From the NCBI GenBank assembly GCA_963780185.1, contig CAWABA010000011.1, positions 128,001 to 192,000 of the forward strand: a stretch of DNA of 64,000 bases, read 5' to 3'. Position numbers and translations under genes: made by a program. Each line of letters opens with the position of its first letter. Position 1 is the first letter of the stretch. The notes under the pieces are model-generated. The model saw only the letters and a list, made by a program, of their open reading frames with translations, was not told the origin of the DNA and did not search any database. Source of the DNA: Candidatus Bathyarchaeota archaeon (lineage in GTDB: Archaea; Thermoproteota; Bathyarchaeia; Bathyarchaeales; Bathycorpusculaceae). Positions 10,983 through 21,501 of the stretch are shown here, in pieces.

Positions 10983-11190
10983 ATTTCAGCCAAGTCAAGC
11001 AGGACATTTAAGTAACTGCTCATCGGTTCTCGATCACCCTCATAAGTCGATGAACATAACGCCTTTGGAAAGCGTAATGATGATGCAAAAATCTAAAAGT
11101 TTTATTTAGACATTGAAATCTCAATAAATATCTATATATGGCTGTTATTCAGAATGTTTGGATTAGTTAGTGTACTATTGGTGGGTGTAT

Positions 11191-11586
11191 ATGAGTAAAC
11201 CTGTTGATGTCGGAGAATTGCGGGTTGGCGGCTACATGATGATTGAGGGCGAACCCTGCCGCATAGTTGACATCGCCAAATCTAAACCTGGAAAACACGG
11301 GTCAGCAAAAGCAAGAATAGTCGCGATAGGCGTGTTTGACAAGCAGAAGCGGCAGTTCGTGAAGCCAGTTGACCTTGGCGCTGAAATTCCAATAATCGAT
11401 AAGAGGGCGGGTCAAGTTTTCGCTGTGAACCCAACTGGAGTGCAGATTATGGATCTGGAAACTTACGAGTACATCGATGCACCATTCCCAGATGAGGATG
11501 AAGTTCCCAAAGCTAAGCTTACCGCCGGCACCGAAATCGAGTACTGGAAAATATTGGGCAGAGTAAAAATCGTCCGCGCAAAATAA
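11191..11586 (+). CDS. eif5a: Translation factor aIF-5A
   Basis: Hypusine motif SKPGKHGSAK. Confidence 0.97.
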   Translation: MSKPVDVGELRVGGYMMIEGEPCRIVDIAKSKPGKHGSAKARIVAIGVFDKQKRQFVKPVDLGAEIPIIDKRAGQVFAVNPTGVQIMDLETYEYIDAPFPDEDEVPKAKLTAGTEIEYWKILGRVKIVRAK

Positions 11587-11730
11587 ACGGCGCCAAACGA
11601 TCTTTCTTTCCTTCGCAAAATCTTAATTTTACAACTATTTCTATTCGGCACCACGTTGAAAAAGCATTGTTTCATGTTGAAAAATAGCGTCGTTCTTCTA
11701 TGTTGAACTATGCTGTTTCATGTTTGGAGC

Positions 11731-11890
11731 CTATTTGGTTCATCTAGTAGACTGGGAGGGTAGGTTGTGAGAGAGACAGAGAATCGGGAGAGGGGTACCC
11801 CATTTTTACATCAAGAACCCAAGGTAAAAATGGATCCACAGCGACCGAGGGAGGGGGTCTAGTATTTACAACAAAAACCAACCACAAAAA
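11731..11890 (+). repeat. Dispersed ~160-bp intergenic repeat, copy 1
   Basis: Highly similar to the reverse complement of 46033-46188. Confidence 0.9.
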
Positions 11891-11896
11891 TGGATT

Positions 11897-12097
11897 TTAG
11901 CTCCACCATTTCCACTCAAGCTTTCTGAAGGCAACGTAGAGTACCAAAAGAATTATTCCCCAGCTTAAGGCGACGCCTGCGATTGCAAGCAAGATGTTGC
12001 TGTGCAGGAAAATGTAGACTGTCCATGCGCCTAAAATTGTTAAGCCTACAAGCAGTAGGAAGAAGATTCCTGCGTGGATTAAACGTTCAGCACCCAA
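11897..12097 (-). CDS. Small 2-TM membrane protein
   Basis: Two hydrophobic helices, 66 aa. Confidence 0.6.
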   Translation of the reverse strand: MGAERLIHAGIFFLLLVGLTILGAWTVYIFLHSNILLAIAGVALSWGIILLVLYVAFRKLEWKWWS

Positions 12098-12365
12098 CCG
12101 TTAACACCTTGATTACGATATGTGTATCTTGGATGTTAATAGATTTTTCATTAATGTTTATGTTCCAGTCGGCTTAATTTTAGGTGAAGCCAATGATGCA
12201 TGAAGAGCCGTCTGAATAGTGAAGAACAAACAATATGGGGAAACTGAGGCTTCACAACTCAAACCTGCAAAGAAGCGTCGTTTCATCGGAAATCTGATGC
12301 TGCATCGTAGGTTGAAAACAGCCCTTTTCTACGCCTTGGACTTTGCTGCAGGTTCTTCAGCGCGT

Positions 12366-13229
12366 TTAAGGGGGCGAATGTGGCTGGAGCGTTTTTCTTT
12401 GGAGAAGTCCGTTTACTGCATCTATGAGGGCTTCGCAGGCGAACCACCTGTCTTCCCGAGAACCATCAGTTTCCAGAACCTCGATCTTTTTCTGGCAGTC
12501 ACGCAGTTGCTCGATAACGGGCTGCCTCTTTGTCTCATACTCGTCCCGAACCTTCTCTTGAGCCTTAGTGAAGTCCAGAATGGCTAATTCAAGCTGATCC
12601 TGCGCGGTGATCAACTCCTGTGTTGTCTCTATCTCTTTTTGCTCCCTATCCTTCTTAGAAACGCCCCTGAAAAGTCCCGTTTTCATCCGAACAACCTCAT
12701 CCAACTTCTTTTTCACCCTGTCAATATTGCTGTTCAGGCGCTTCGTTTCACGGTTCTTTTGCACTTTAATCTCTCTCATCTTAGCCGCGTATTCGGCGTT
12801 GATTTTTTCAAGAAGCTTTCTGTTGTATGATTGGTTTTTGGATGTCGCGTCGATTGTGGCTTCTTTACGGCGTCTATCATCAAGCTCAATCTTTATGGTG
12901 GAGAGTATTTGTGAGTGCTCCGCCACATATTGATCATCTGGGTTTGTGTTTGGGTTTGACTCGAACTCCGACAGGACTTCTGTTAGGTTTTCTAGCCAAC
13001 GGTTGAAGTGCTCGCTGAATGGAGAAGAACCAAATTTCTGGCTTCCTAGAACACGTAGTTGCTGGAAGGTTTTGTCCGAAACCTCCTTCAGGGAGGCAAC
13101 ATGTTTCTCCTCCGACTTGGATTCGCCTTCAGGTTCATGCTTGTGTCCTCTGTCTTTGTCCTTTCCATATGGCGGTTTGTATCCTCGGTTAGAGCCTCGA
13201 GGCAACTTTTTCCTCGGTTGGGAACCCAT
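12366..13229 (-). CDS. Hypothetical coiled-coil protein
   Basis: Long E/K/Q-rich helical ORF, TATA-like TTTAAATA upstream on the minus strand. Confidence 0.7.
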   Translation of the reverse strand: MGSQPRKKLPRGSNRGYKPPYGKDKDRGHKHEPEGESKSEEKHVASLKEVSDKTFQQLRVLGSQKFGSSPFSEHFNRWLENLTEVLSEFESNPNTNPDDQYVAEHSQILSTIKIELDDRRRKEATIDATSKNQSYNRKLLEKINAEYAAKMREIKVQKNRETKRLNSNIDRVKKKLDEVVRMKTGLFRGVSKKDREQKEIETTQELITAQDQLELAILDFTKAQEKVRDEYETKRQPVIEQLRDCQKKIEVLETDGSREDRWFACEALIDAVNGLLQRKTLQPHSPP

Positions 13230-13479
13230 GAACAAAACCTATCGCTTTTGAAGTATTTAAAAAAGCGTCTCGTCTGTGTTGAGCCAGTACCGTTTCGTTT
13301 TTACATGTCAATTTATTCTTTAACTGCTAAAACCATAAAGTCCATGACTATAACCCTGTTTCAAAAATGTGCACTGTTGGGCTTCAACTATGTGTTAGCT
13401 AAGAGATTTAGGGTTGTTTCTTGTTTTCTAGCTGCAATATTTATCTAAAAGAACACTTATGTTTAGGCTGGAGACTCTG

Positions 13480-14832
13480 ATGTCGCTAGACAAGTTAAGT
13501 TCTTCTCTAACAGACGCTATAAAAAAACTGTTTAAGGCTGGCGTAGTGGACGAAGCCACAGTGAAGGAACTTGTCCGCGACATACAGCGGGCGCTGCTGC
13601 AAGCAGACGTCAACGTCCAACTTGTCCTAGACATCTCCAAACGCATAGAAGAACGCGCGCTCAAAGAGAAAGTTCCCCCGGCATCTCAAGACGCGAACAC
13701 GTCATAAAAGTCGTCTATGAAGAACTCACCCGTTTCGTCGGCGACAAACCTGTCCCAATCAAAATGGAGCCTGGCAAAAGAAAAATCATCATGCTTGTCG
13801 GCATCCAAGGCTCAGGCAAAACCACGCAGGCATCCAAACTTGCACGGTACTACCAGAAGAGGGGCTTAAAGGTCGCGTTGATCTGCGCTGACACTTATCG
13901 GGCAGGCGCGTTTGCTCAGCTTCAGCAGTTGGCAAACAGAATAAACATGCCTATTTACGGAGACGTAAAATGCAAAGACCCCGTGAAAGTTGTCCGCGAA
14001 GGGTTAAAGCAGTTCCAAGGCAAAGACCTCATAATCGTTGATACGGCGGGCAGACACAAGGAAGAAAAAGACCTGATTAAAGAAATGAAGGATCTTGAGA
14101 AGAACATTAAGCCTGACGAAGTCATCATGGTTATCGACGGAACAATCGGTCAGCAAGCACTCATCCAAGCAAAAACGTTCCATGAAGCCACACCCATAGG
14201 CGCAATCATCGTGACAAAGCTTGACGGTTCCTCACGTGGCGGCGGCGCGTTATCAGCGGTTGCAGCGACGGGTGCTCCAATAAAATTCATCGGCACAGGC
14301 GAAAAAATCGAAGACATCGAGCCGTTTATTCCCTCCCGTTTCGTCGGTCGACTCTTGGGCATGGGCGACTTAGAAACGCTTCTGGAAAAGGTTCACGACG
14401 CCGAAATCAAGGTGCCAGAGAAGAAAGCTAAAGAAATCCTCAGCGGCAAATTCACATTAACAGACATGTACGAGCAGTTCCAAGCCGTCAAAGAAGATGG
14501 GGCCGTTTAGCAAAGTTCTCAAGATGCTTCCCGGAATGTCTTCTTCTGATGTGCCGCAAGCCATGCTTGACACGGCTGAAGGACGCCTTGACAGGTGGGG
14601 CGTGATAATTCAATCTATGACTCCTGAAGAAAGGGAAAACCCAAAACTGCTCAACTCTTCAAGGGCAAAACGTGTGGCTCGGGGTTCAGGAGCAACAGAA
14701 AAAGAAGTCAAAGAACTGCTCAAGCAATATGTTATGATGCGTAAAATGTTGAAGATGATGAAGCGCAAGAAGAAGCTGCCGTTCGGGTTAGGCGGCAAAG
14801 GCGGTATGCCCGCTAACTTTCCAGTAGGCTAA
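13480..14832 (+). CDS. srp54: Signal recognition particle protein Srp54 (two apparent frameshifts, ~13680 and ~14495)
   Basis: LLQADVN, GIQGSGKTT, DTAGRH, TKLDG and M-domain IIQSMTPEER spread over three consecutive ORFs. Confidence 0.93.
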
Positions 14833-14837
14833 GCGAC

Positions 14838-16173
14838 ATGGATGTTCTGGAAAAAGCGCTTGAACTTCTCAGCAAATATCCCCTTTGCGACCACTGTCTT
14901 GGCAGGCAATTCGCCTTGCTCGGATACAGCATGGAAAACAACGTTCGGGGTTCAGCAATAAAAGTCACCTTAACCCTTCAGGCAAATGACCTTCGCAAGA
15001 GAAGGTAACCCCGACGGCGTTCGGCAGCTTAAACTTTTGGCGATCCAACGGCTTTTCAAGGGAAGCCCAAGAAACCCTGAAGCATCTTAAAAAAACGCGT
15101 CACTAAAACGTCGAATGAAACAAAGTGTTTCCTCTGCGAAGGCAAATTCGAGCTTGTTGAAAAACTAACCGAGAAATCCGCAGAGAGCTATGCAAGGCTA
15201 CGAGTTTACCACATATCTTGTGGGAATCGAATTGCCTGTTAAAGTTGAGGAACGTGAAGACGAGTTTAAAGCAGCCTTCAACCTCGGATACAGCGAAAGC
15301 ATCAAGCATGAATTCGGGCGATTATTCGGCAAAGCCCTCGGGGTCTGCACCGGCAAAGAGGCGGATTATTTGAAGCCTGATTTGGTCGCAGTAATCAACC
15401 CTTTCATGGAAACAGTTAGCCTTCAAGTTAATCCTCTTTTCGTCGCTGGCAGATACCGCAAGCTCGTAAGGGACATTCCGCAGTCGAAATGGTTCTGTTC
15501 AAGCTGCCGTGGAAAGGGCTGCGAGAAGTGTGGAGGAACAGGTAAACTGTATCCTGAATCGGTTGAAGAGTTGTCTTCTGCACCTTTGTTGGAGGTAGCT
15601 GAAGGCGAGAAAACGGCTTTTCACGCTTCCGGTCGGGAAGACATTGACGCTAGGATGCTGGGAAACGGACGCCCCTTCGTCATCGAGATTTCCAAGCCAA
15701 AGAAACGGTTCTTTGACCTTAAGCAAATTGAAGCCAGAATTAATGCTGGCGCAACGGGGAAGGTTCAAGTTTCTCGATTAAGGTTCGCAAGCAAAGATGT
15801 TGTTCGACGTCTCAAAAAAGGGGAAGGTTCCCAGAAAAAGTACCGTTTGCTTGCTGAGTTTGAAAAAGAGCTGTCTGAAGACGACCTGCGGCTGTTGGAA
15901 GAAAAGCTCAGCGGCGCATTGATCAAGCAGCAGACGCCTCTCCGTGTTGTGCATAGAAGGGCGGATTTGATCCGAGAAAGGTACATATATAAGCTTAAAG
16001 TTAAGAAGGTGTCGCTTAAGAGGGCTCTGATGGAAATTCACTGCCAAGGCGGCCTCTACGTTAAAGAATTGGTGTCTGGAGATGAAGGAAGAACAAACCC
16101 GAACGTTTCAGATCTGCTTGGAAACAGAGCGAAGACGCTTAAGCTTGACGTTTTAAAAGTTATGATGGAATAA
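14838..16173 (+). CDS. pus10: tRNA pseudouridine(54/55) synthase Pus10 (frameshifted ~15000-15100)
   Basis: N-terminal LCDHCLGRQF from ATG 14838; GRYRK, SGREDIDARMLG, QQTPLRV, GGLYVKELV. Confidence 0.92.
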
Positions 16174-16190
16174 TTAAAGGTGAAATTTGA

Positions 16191-16496
16191 ATGAGAGGTT
16201 CAAAAGGTTATTACGCTGGTACTCGCAGCCTACTGAAAAAGGCAACCCGTGAAAAAGGGAAACCTAAAATCAGAAAGATTCTACAAGACTATCCGCCTGG
16301 ATCACAAGTGATAATAAAGATGGATTCCAGCACACAGAAGAGCATGCCGCATAAACGTTTCCATGGAAAAATCGGTACGGTTAGAGAAAAACGTGGTCGA
16401 GGGTACGTCATTGTAGTGCCGCAAGGCAACAGCATCAAAGAGATTATCGTTCGCAGTGAACATTTAGAGCCGTACATGGGTAGTGGAACGGAATGA
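16191..16496 (+). CDS. rpl21e: 50S ribosomal protein L21e
   Basis: MPHKRFHGKIG, conserved gene order. Confidence 0.95.
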   Translation: MRGSKGYYAGTRSLLKKATREKGKPKIRKILQDYPPGSQVIIKMDSSTQKSMPHKRFHGKIGTVREKRGRGYVIVVPQGNSIKEIIVRSEHLEPYMGSGTE

Positions 16497-16831
16497 GCAA
16501 AAGAGAAGTAAGCGAAAGCCGCTTGACGTTGCCACAGGTTAAGAAGCTGCTTGAAACCATAGGCGAAGAAAACCTAGATCAATTTCAACGTCGAACGCTC
16601 GATTACGTAAACAAGTTCTCTAAGGCTGACCCTGAGAAGGCCGAAGAGCTCCTGCAGGTTCTTGTTAAGGAATACGAAATTGACGAGGCTGAAGCTATAC
16701 AAATCATAAATTGCATGCCTGAAACAGTTGACGAGTTGCGGGTTTTCTTAGCTGGCGGCCGAAAGATTATAGAAACCACCAAATTGCGGGCAATCGTTGA
16801 CTTACTGAATGAGAACAGGACTTTGAAGTAG
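16493..16831 (+). CDS. rpo4: RNA polymerase subunit Rpo4 (F)
   Basis: QRRTLDYVNKF, IINCMPETVDELR; sits between rpl21e and DUF655. Confidence 0.9.
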   Translation: MSKREVSESRLTLPQVKKLLETIGEENLDQFQRRTLDYVNKFSKADPEKAEELLQVLVKEYEIDEAEAIQIINCMPETVDELRVFLAGGRKIIETTKLRAIVDLLNENRTLK

Positions 16832-16896
16832 CCTTAAGCGACTAAGTATTTTTAAGCAGTAAGCAACAATAAACATAGAGGACTTAGTGACTACTA

Positions 16897-17463
16897 ATGG
16901 AAAAGCGGTATGAAGAGTACGCTTACGTACTAGATTTCTTGCCACATGGCAAACCGGGGTTCCGTCCAACTGGGCGGGCAGGTTATAGGGCGGGAGCCTT
17001 AATTCAGTCTGTCGGGGAAGAGTTTTTCACGCTTTTGGAGGCTTTAGTAAAGGAGGGTTTAATTCTAAAGCCCAGTGACCGCGTCTATGTGGGCAAAGAT
17101 TCACGTTCGGAGGTTACGTACATTATCGGGCGCGTTAGCTACGAAGAGTTGACTGCGTCGGCTAAGGCGGAGCTTCCCAGTGTGATTAATCGTGTTGTTC
17201 TAAACAGGGAGCAGTGGTTTGTGAATTTCTTCAACACCGCGCGCGCAGTTACCCCTCGTATGCACGCTTTGGAGTTGGTGCCTGGCATCGGAAAAAAATA
17301 CATGTGGCAAGTAATTAACGAGAGAACCCGCAAGCCGTTCGAAAGTTTTGAAGATTTGCAGAAGCGAACCGAGTTGCCTAACCCAGTAAAATTGATCACG
17401 AAGCGGGTTATGGAAGAGCTTGAAGGCGACAGCAAATATCGGCTGTTCACGCGGGCACAGTAA
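16897..17463 (+). CDS. DUF655 RNA-binding protein
   Basis: EEYAYVLDFL, FTLLE, HALELVPGIGKK HhH. Confidence 0.92.
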   Translation: MEKRYEEYAYVLDFLPHGKPGFRPTGRAGYRAGALIQSVGEEFFTLLEALVKEGLILKPSDRVYVGKDSRSEVTYIIGRVSYEELTASAKAELPSVINRVVLNREQWFVNFFNTARAVTPRMHALELVPGIGKKYMWQVINERTRKPFESFEDLQKRTELPNPVKLITKRVMEELEGDSKYRLFTRAQ

Positions 17464-17473
17464 GGCATAGCGG

Positions 17474-18292
17474 ATGAGCCTCGAAGAAACGAAGCAACTG
17501 CTTCGAACCTATCGAATTGCCCCGAATAAGCTTCTGGGGCAAAATTTCATGGTTGAGCCGACACTATACAGTAAGCTGTGCGATTATGCATCGCTAAACT
17601 TTTCTGATGTGGTGTTGGATGCTGGCGCGGGCTTTGGTTTTTTGAGCCGTTTCTTAGCTGACAAATGCAAGGCTGTAATCGCAGTTGAAAAAGACCCGCA
17701 AGTTGCGGCGGCGCTTCGTGACCAGGTTAGCGGCGTCGCCAATGTGACGGTGATAGAGGGAGATGTGTTGAAGGCGGCGTTGCCTGAATTTAACAAAGTC
17801 ATAGCAATCCCCCCTTACAGCATTTCTACCCATCTCGTAATGTGGCTTCTTGAACGCAAAATGGATTGCGCAGTCATTATCGTTCAAAAAGAATTCGCCA
17901 AAAAACTCAATGCTAAGGCAGGAAGCGAGGATTACGGCTGGTTAACTGTCCAAACGTACTTGCACGCAGAGGCCCAGCTCTTGGATGCGGTTCCTAAAGA
18001 CATGTTTTTTCCTGAGCCAAAAGTTGATTCAGTCATCGTTCGGCTTAAGCCATGGAGCAAAAAACTGTTTGAAGTGAAGGACGAAGGCTCCTTCAAGCAA
18101 GTCACAAAGTGGCTTTTTACCCAGCGCAACAAAAAAGTAGGTAAAGCGCTAACCCCGTTTTTGAAGACCAACCTTAAATTAAGCAAGCAAGAAGCCCAAA
18201 AGATAGCTTCCGCCATGCCATTTCATGATAAACGCGCGCGAGAGCTCACACCTGAACAGTTTGGAGACTTAGCAAATGCAATTCCCCGTTAA
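17474..18292 (+). CDS. rsmA: 16S rRNA m6,2A dimethyltransferase
   Basis: LGQNF, DAGAGFG, PPYSIS, FFPEPKVDS. Confidence 0.93.
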   Translation: MSLEETKQLLRTYRIAPNKLLGQNFMVEPTLYSKLCDYASLNFSDVVLDAGAGFGFLSRFLADKCKAVIAVEKDPQVAAALRDQVSGVANVTVIEGDVLKAALPEFNKVIAIPPYSISTHLVMWLLERKMDCAVIIVQKEFAKKLNAKAGSEDYGWLTVQTYLHAEAQLLDAVPKDMFFPEPKVDSVIVRLKPWSKKLFEVKDEGSFKQVTKWLFTQRNKKVGKALTPFLKTNLKLSKQEAQKIASAMPFHDKRARELTPEQFGDLANAIPR

Positions 18293-18908
18293 GAGAACTC
18301 GCTTCGGCGGTTACGTTTTTGATGTTTCTGAGAACGTTTACGAGCCTGCTGAAGACTCTTTTCTTTTCGCGGAAAACCTTCGAGTGGAGAAAGGCGAACA
18401 AGTTCTCGACGTCGGAACCGGCTGCGGCATCCTTGGCATATTGGCGGCGGAAAAAGCCGCTTCAGTCCTCGCTGTTGACCCAAACCCATTTGCCCTTCGC
18501 TGTGCAAAAGAAAACTCAGCGCTTAACCATATGGACAGTAAAATGGCTTTTCTGCAAGCTGACCTCTTTACCGCTTTTAACGCCAACGCAAAATTCGATT
18601 TGATTCTCTTCAACGCGCCCTATCTTCCAGCCGAAGCGGCTGAAGCTGAAACTTGGATTGGGCGTTCATGGGCGGGAGGTGCTAATGGGCGCCAAGTTAT
18701 CGACCGTTTCATTTCTCAAGTTCAACCGCACCTCAAAGCCAGCGGCCAAGTTCTTTTGATGCAGTCGACGCTTGCAAACGTTGAAGAGACAATTTGTAAA
18801 TTTGGGGAGCAGCATTTGAATGCAAGAGTTAAGGCGGAACGTAAACTTCCCTTCTTTGAGACTTTAGCTCTTATCGAAGCCATAGCTGCTCCCGACGCTT
18901 TTGTTTAG
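18276..18908 (+). CDS. HemK2/MTQ2 family protein methyltransferase
   Basis: VYEPAEDSFL, DVGTGCG, FNAPY, WAGG. Confidence 0.92.
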   Translation: MQFPVKRTRFGGYVFDVSENVYEPAEDSFLFAENLRVEKGEQVLDVGTGCGILGILAAEKAASVLAVDPNPFALRCAKENSALNHMDSKMAFLQADLFTAFNANAKFDLILFNAPYLPAEAAEAETWIGRSWAGGANGRQVIDRFISQVQPHLKASGQVLLMQSTLANVEETICKFGEQHLNARVKAERKLPFFETLALIEAIAAPDAFV

Positions 18909-18962
18909 TGTGTGAAAAGCAAATAAAGGGAGTTGCGCATTGGTAACTGCGGTGATTGCGGT

Positions 18963-19292
18963 ATGACAATTTGGTTTTATGTTAAGACGAATGATGATCC
19001 AAAAGTCGTCGGAGAAGTTGTATGTGCCTTTAATTTTGAGCAAGGCGAGCACCCACAGGACCAGTACTCTTGGCTTTTGGAGCCTGGCAGAGATGAACCT
19101 GGCTACTGGGAAATCAAAGGAAAATACGCTGTTCTAAAAGACCTCGCTGAGATCTGTATCGTTTACAGGATCGGCGACTCTGTAGTTTTCGCTGAAATAG
19201 AGGATTATTTAGCGCCTGATTTTGCGGATCCGCTGATAACTAAGTACGGGTTTGACAACGTAAAGTGGATTGTGGTTCCCGGAAATCGGTAA
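18963..19292 (+). CDS. Hypothetical protein
   Basis: Globular-looking ORF; start moved to ATG 18963. Confidence 0.65.
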   Translation: MTIWFYVKTNDDPKVVGEVVCAFNFEQGEHPQDQYSWLLEPGRDEPGYWEIKGKYAVLKDLAEICIVYRIGDSVVFAEIEDYLAPDFADPLITKYGFDNVKWIVVPGNR

Positions 19293-19318
19293 ACATCACA
19301 ATCAACGTTTTTTTAAAT

Positions 19319-19843
19319 TCATCTAGCGGGCAAGTGCTTAGCAGCTATAAGGACAACTGCTCTAGCTATCATTGAAACGCCGAACAGTATGACTATGCCT
19401 GCCCAGAATTGGTACCACATGATCAGCTGCTGACTTTGAGTTAACGTATTTCTCATGTAGGCGAGAACGCTTAGCAAATATGCGGCTCCGAACGAGAAAA
19501 CTATGCCCCCGATGGCTTGAGTTGTCCTTCTTATACGAGATCCATTTGCGAGGTGCATTGCCAAGATTAGGACCTCCAGAACGCCAATGCCTAACGCTAG
19601 TTGAAAAGCCGCCGTATATATTGCGGTGAAAGATGCTGGCGAGGTTGGAACAGGCAATTTGATTGAGGTATTTGTGATGTTGGCAACAGTGAAATTGTTG
19701 CCGAAGTCCTTTATTTTCGGCCAAAGGTTTTGATTGATTACAAAAATTACTCCGATAAGTATGAAGAATAAACCCGCGGAAACTGCAGATATTAGCCCTT
19801 CTCCGAACAATTTGCGATTAGGGGAACCTGACTCTTTGCTCAT
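19319..19843 (-). CDS. Hypothetical multi-TM membrane protein
   Basis: About four TM helices. Confidence 0.75.
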   Translation of the reverse strand: MSKESGSPNRKLFGEGLISAVSAGLFFILIGVIFVINQNLWPKIKDFGNNFTVANITNTSIKLPVPTSPASFTAIYTAAFQLALGIGVLEVLILAMHLANGSRIRRTTQAIGGIVFSFGAAYLLSVLAYMRNTLTQSQQLIMWYQFWAGIVILFGVSMIARAVVLIAAKHLPAR

Positions 19844-19963
19844 CTTTTTGCCCTGTTTCATATTTCGTTTAATACTGAATATAACTTTTGTTTTTTTCAA
19901 TTTGGCAAGAGTGAATGTTTTATATACTTAAATCTTATAAATGAAAAACGTAGGGTGAGTTTT

Positions 19964-20368
19964 ATGTCGTATTGCCCAAAATGCGGTAACAAAGTGGATG
20001 AAACTATGACTTTCTGTCCCCGATGCGGCGCTTCACTGAAGGCGGGGACTACTTGGCAAGCGGGTCCAACCTCGAGCGACCAAGGATACTACTCCAGACA
20101 TCATAGGCACGAGAAACATGATGAAAAAGCAGAGAAACACGGTGAAAAACATGAGAAGGGTGGAGGAGGCTACGGATACTTGGTTGCAGGAGTGTTAATT
20201 GTGGTGCTAGGGTTACTCGCTTACATAAATGCTACCACAAACGTATTCCACAGCCTCAGTGGCCCTGCAGGTGGAGCTCTTTTCCTAGTTGTAATCGGCA
20301 TACTGATACTGATTGCCGGCGTCTACTACTACAGTAGAAGCAGAAGCAGAAATCCCGTGCCAACCTAA
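19964..20368 (+). CDS. Zinc-ribbon, His-rich linker, 2-TM membrane protein
   Basis: CPKC...FCPRCG; HHRHEKHDEKAEKHGEKHEK; two TMs. Confidence 0.8.
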   Translation: MSYCPKCGNKVDETMTFCPRCGASLKAGTTWQAGPTSSDQGYYSRHHRHEKHDEKAEKHGEKHEKGGGGYGYLVAGVLIVVLGLLAYINATTNVFHSLSGPAGGALFLVVIGILILIAGVYYYSRSRSRNPVPT

Positions 20369-21501
20369 AGTTGCCAACCGAAAAACAATCTGTAAAGCCT
20401 GTGTTCAAGTACCGTCGAGGCTTTTTGTCTTCCTAACACTCTGAAATAGTTTTTTCCAGCAGCTTCTATAAGGTCACCGATGTCGTAGCGGGGCAGCATA
20501 GTTGAAGAAACAATTAGCCGTCCCCACTCGCCCCTTTTTAGTTCATGAAGCATTTTTGTTCCTTTTTCGGTTTGAACTTCAAAGAGGTAGGCGTCATAAT
20601 TCGGCGTTACGTAAGGCAAATCATCTAGTTGCTGGCCAAACACGCCTTCGGTCGCGGTGTACATTTCCACTATTGGCGCAGGTCCAAAGTACTTTCTGAG
20701 CATGGGGGCGTATTTGAATTGGATTTTTGGTACGCTAGTACAGAACAGGGCTCTGAACTTCCATGTGTCTCTAGGAATTTTTCCATGGTGCTTCTTGACG
20801 TATCTGGCAAAGGCCATGATAACCGGCGTCACTCCCATAGTCGCCGTAACATTGCGGTCTAACGCTTTCTGGTAAGCTAACTCGAACCTTCTCTCCCAAT
20901 CTGCTTTGCCTATTCCTGAGCCAAGTTTGTCAATTTCTTCTTGGCGTGGAAGCAAGCTAACCTGGTCAAACATCGGGTTGACTCTGGCGTAGGTTCCTGA
21001 ACTGTATCCATACGTCTCTTCCTTGCCATCTGCCGTCATGGTGTGTACGCTGGATGGAAAATTGAGGTTTAAAATGTCCCCGGTGAAGACATCAAAGTTG
21101 TTTGTTCTTACCGCATTGTGCACCAGTGCTCTGGCTCCGCATGAAAATATCTGTTTCAAATGTGTCTTGGTGGCGGGTAAGACTTTGGAAGTTCCTGTTG
21201 AACCTCTTGTCATCACCCAGCATTCAGGCGGCTCCGAGAGGAAAGTTTGGTATTTTCCTTCTCTGACTTTGGATAAGTAAGGCAGCAGCTGTTTGTAGTT
21301 CGCTATTGGAAAACTTGATTGGTACTGTGGGATTCCGCTGATTTCAGCCGCTTTGAAAATGCTTCCATACTCGGTCTTGGCATACTCTTTTAGAAGCGTA
21401 CGGAGGATTTTTTCTTGGGCTTCTTGGGGGTTTTTCAGCGATTCGTACCATGGACCGATTATTGTCTGAAGGAGACTGAGACCGCTTTCGTCAACTGACA
21501 T
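20365..21501 (-). CDS. GH3 family acyl-adenylate/amido synthetase-like protein
   Basis: TRGSTGTSK P-loop, YTATEG, LPRYDIGD. Confidence 0.85.
   Translation of the reverse strand: MSVDESGLSLLQTIIGPWYESLKNPQEAQEKILRTLLKEYAKTEYGSIFKAAEISGIPQYQSSFPIANYKQLLPYLSKVREGKYQTFLSEPPECWVMTRGSTGTSKVLPATKTHLKQIFSCGARALVHNAVRTNNFDVFTGDILNLNFPSSVHTMTADGKEETYGYSSGTYARVNPMFDQVSLLPRQEEIDKLGSGIGKADWERRFELAYQKALDRNVTATMGVTPVIMAFARYVKKHHGKIPRDTWKFRALFCTSVPKIQFKYAPMLRKYFGPAPIVEMYTATEGVFGQQLDDLPYVTPNYDAYLFEVQTEKGTKMLHELKRGEWGRLIVSSTMLPRYDIGDLIEAAGKNYFRVLGRQKASTVLEHRLYRLFFGWQL

Noticed and set aside
11654-11725. Mini CRISPR array (GTTGAAA-starting units)
   Set aside because: Units are adjacent with no spacers, are degenerate, and there are no cas genes.
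13480-16173. Programmed frameshifting or pseudogenisation of srp54 and pus10 (also priS, archaeosortase, DUF996 and the first gene)
   Set aside because: Scattered single-base indels, several at homopolymers, in essential genes whose motifs are otherwise intact. Uncorrected sequencing errors are the simplest explanation; read polishing would confirm.
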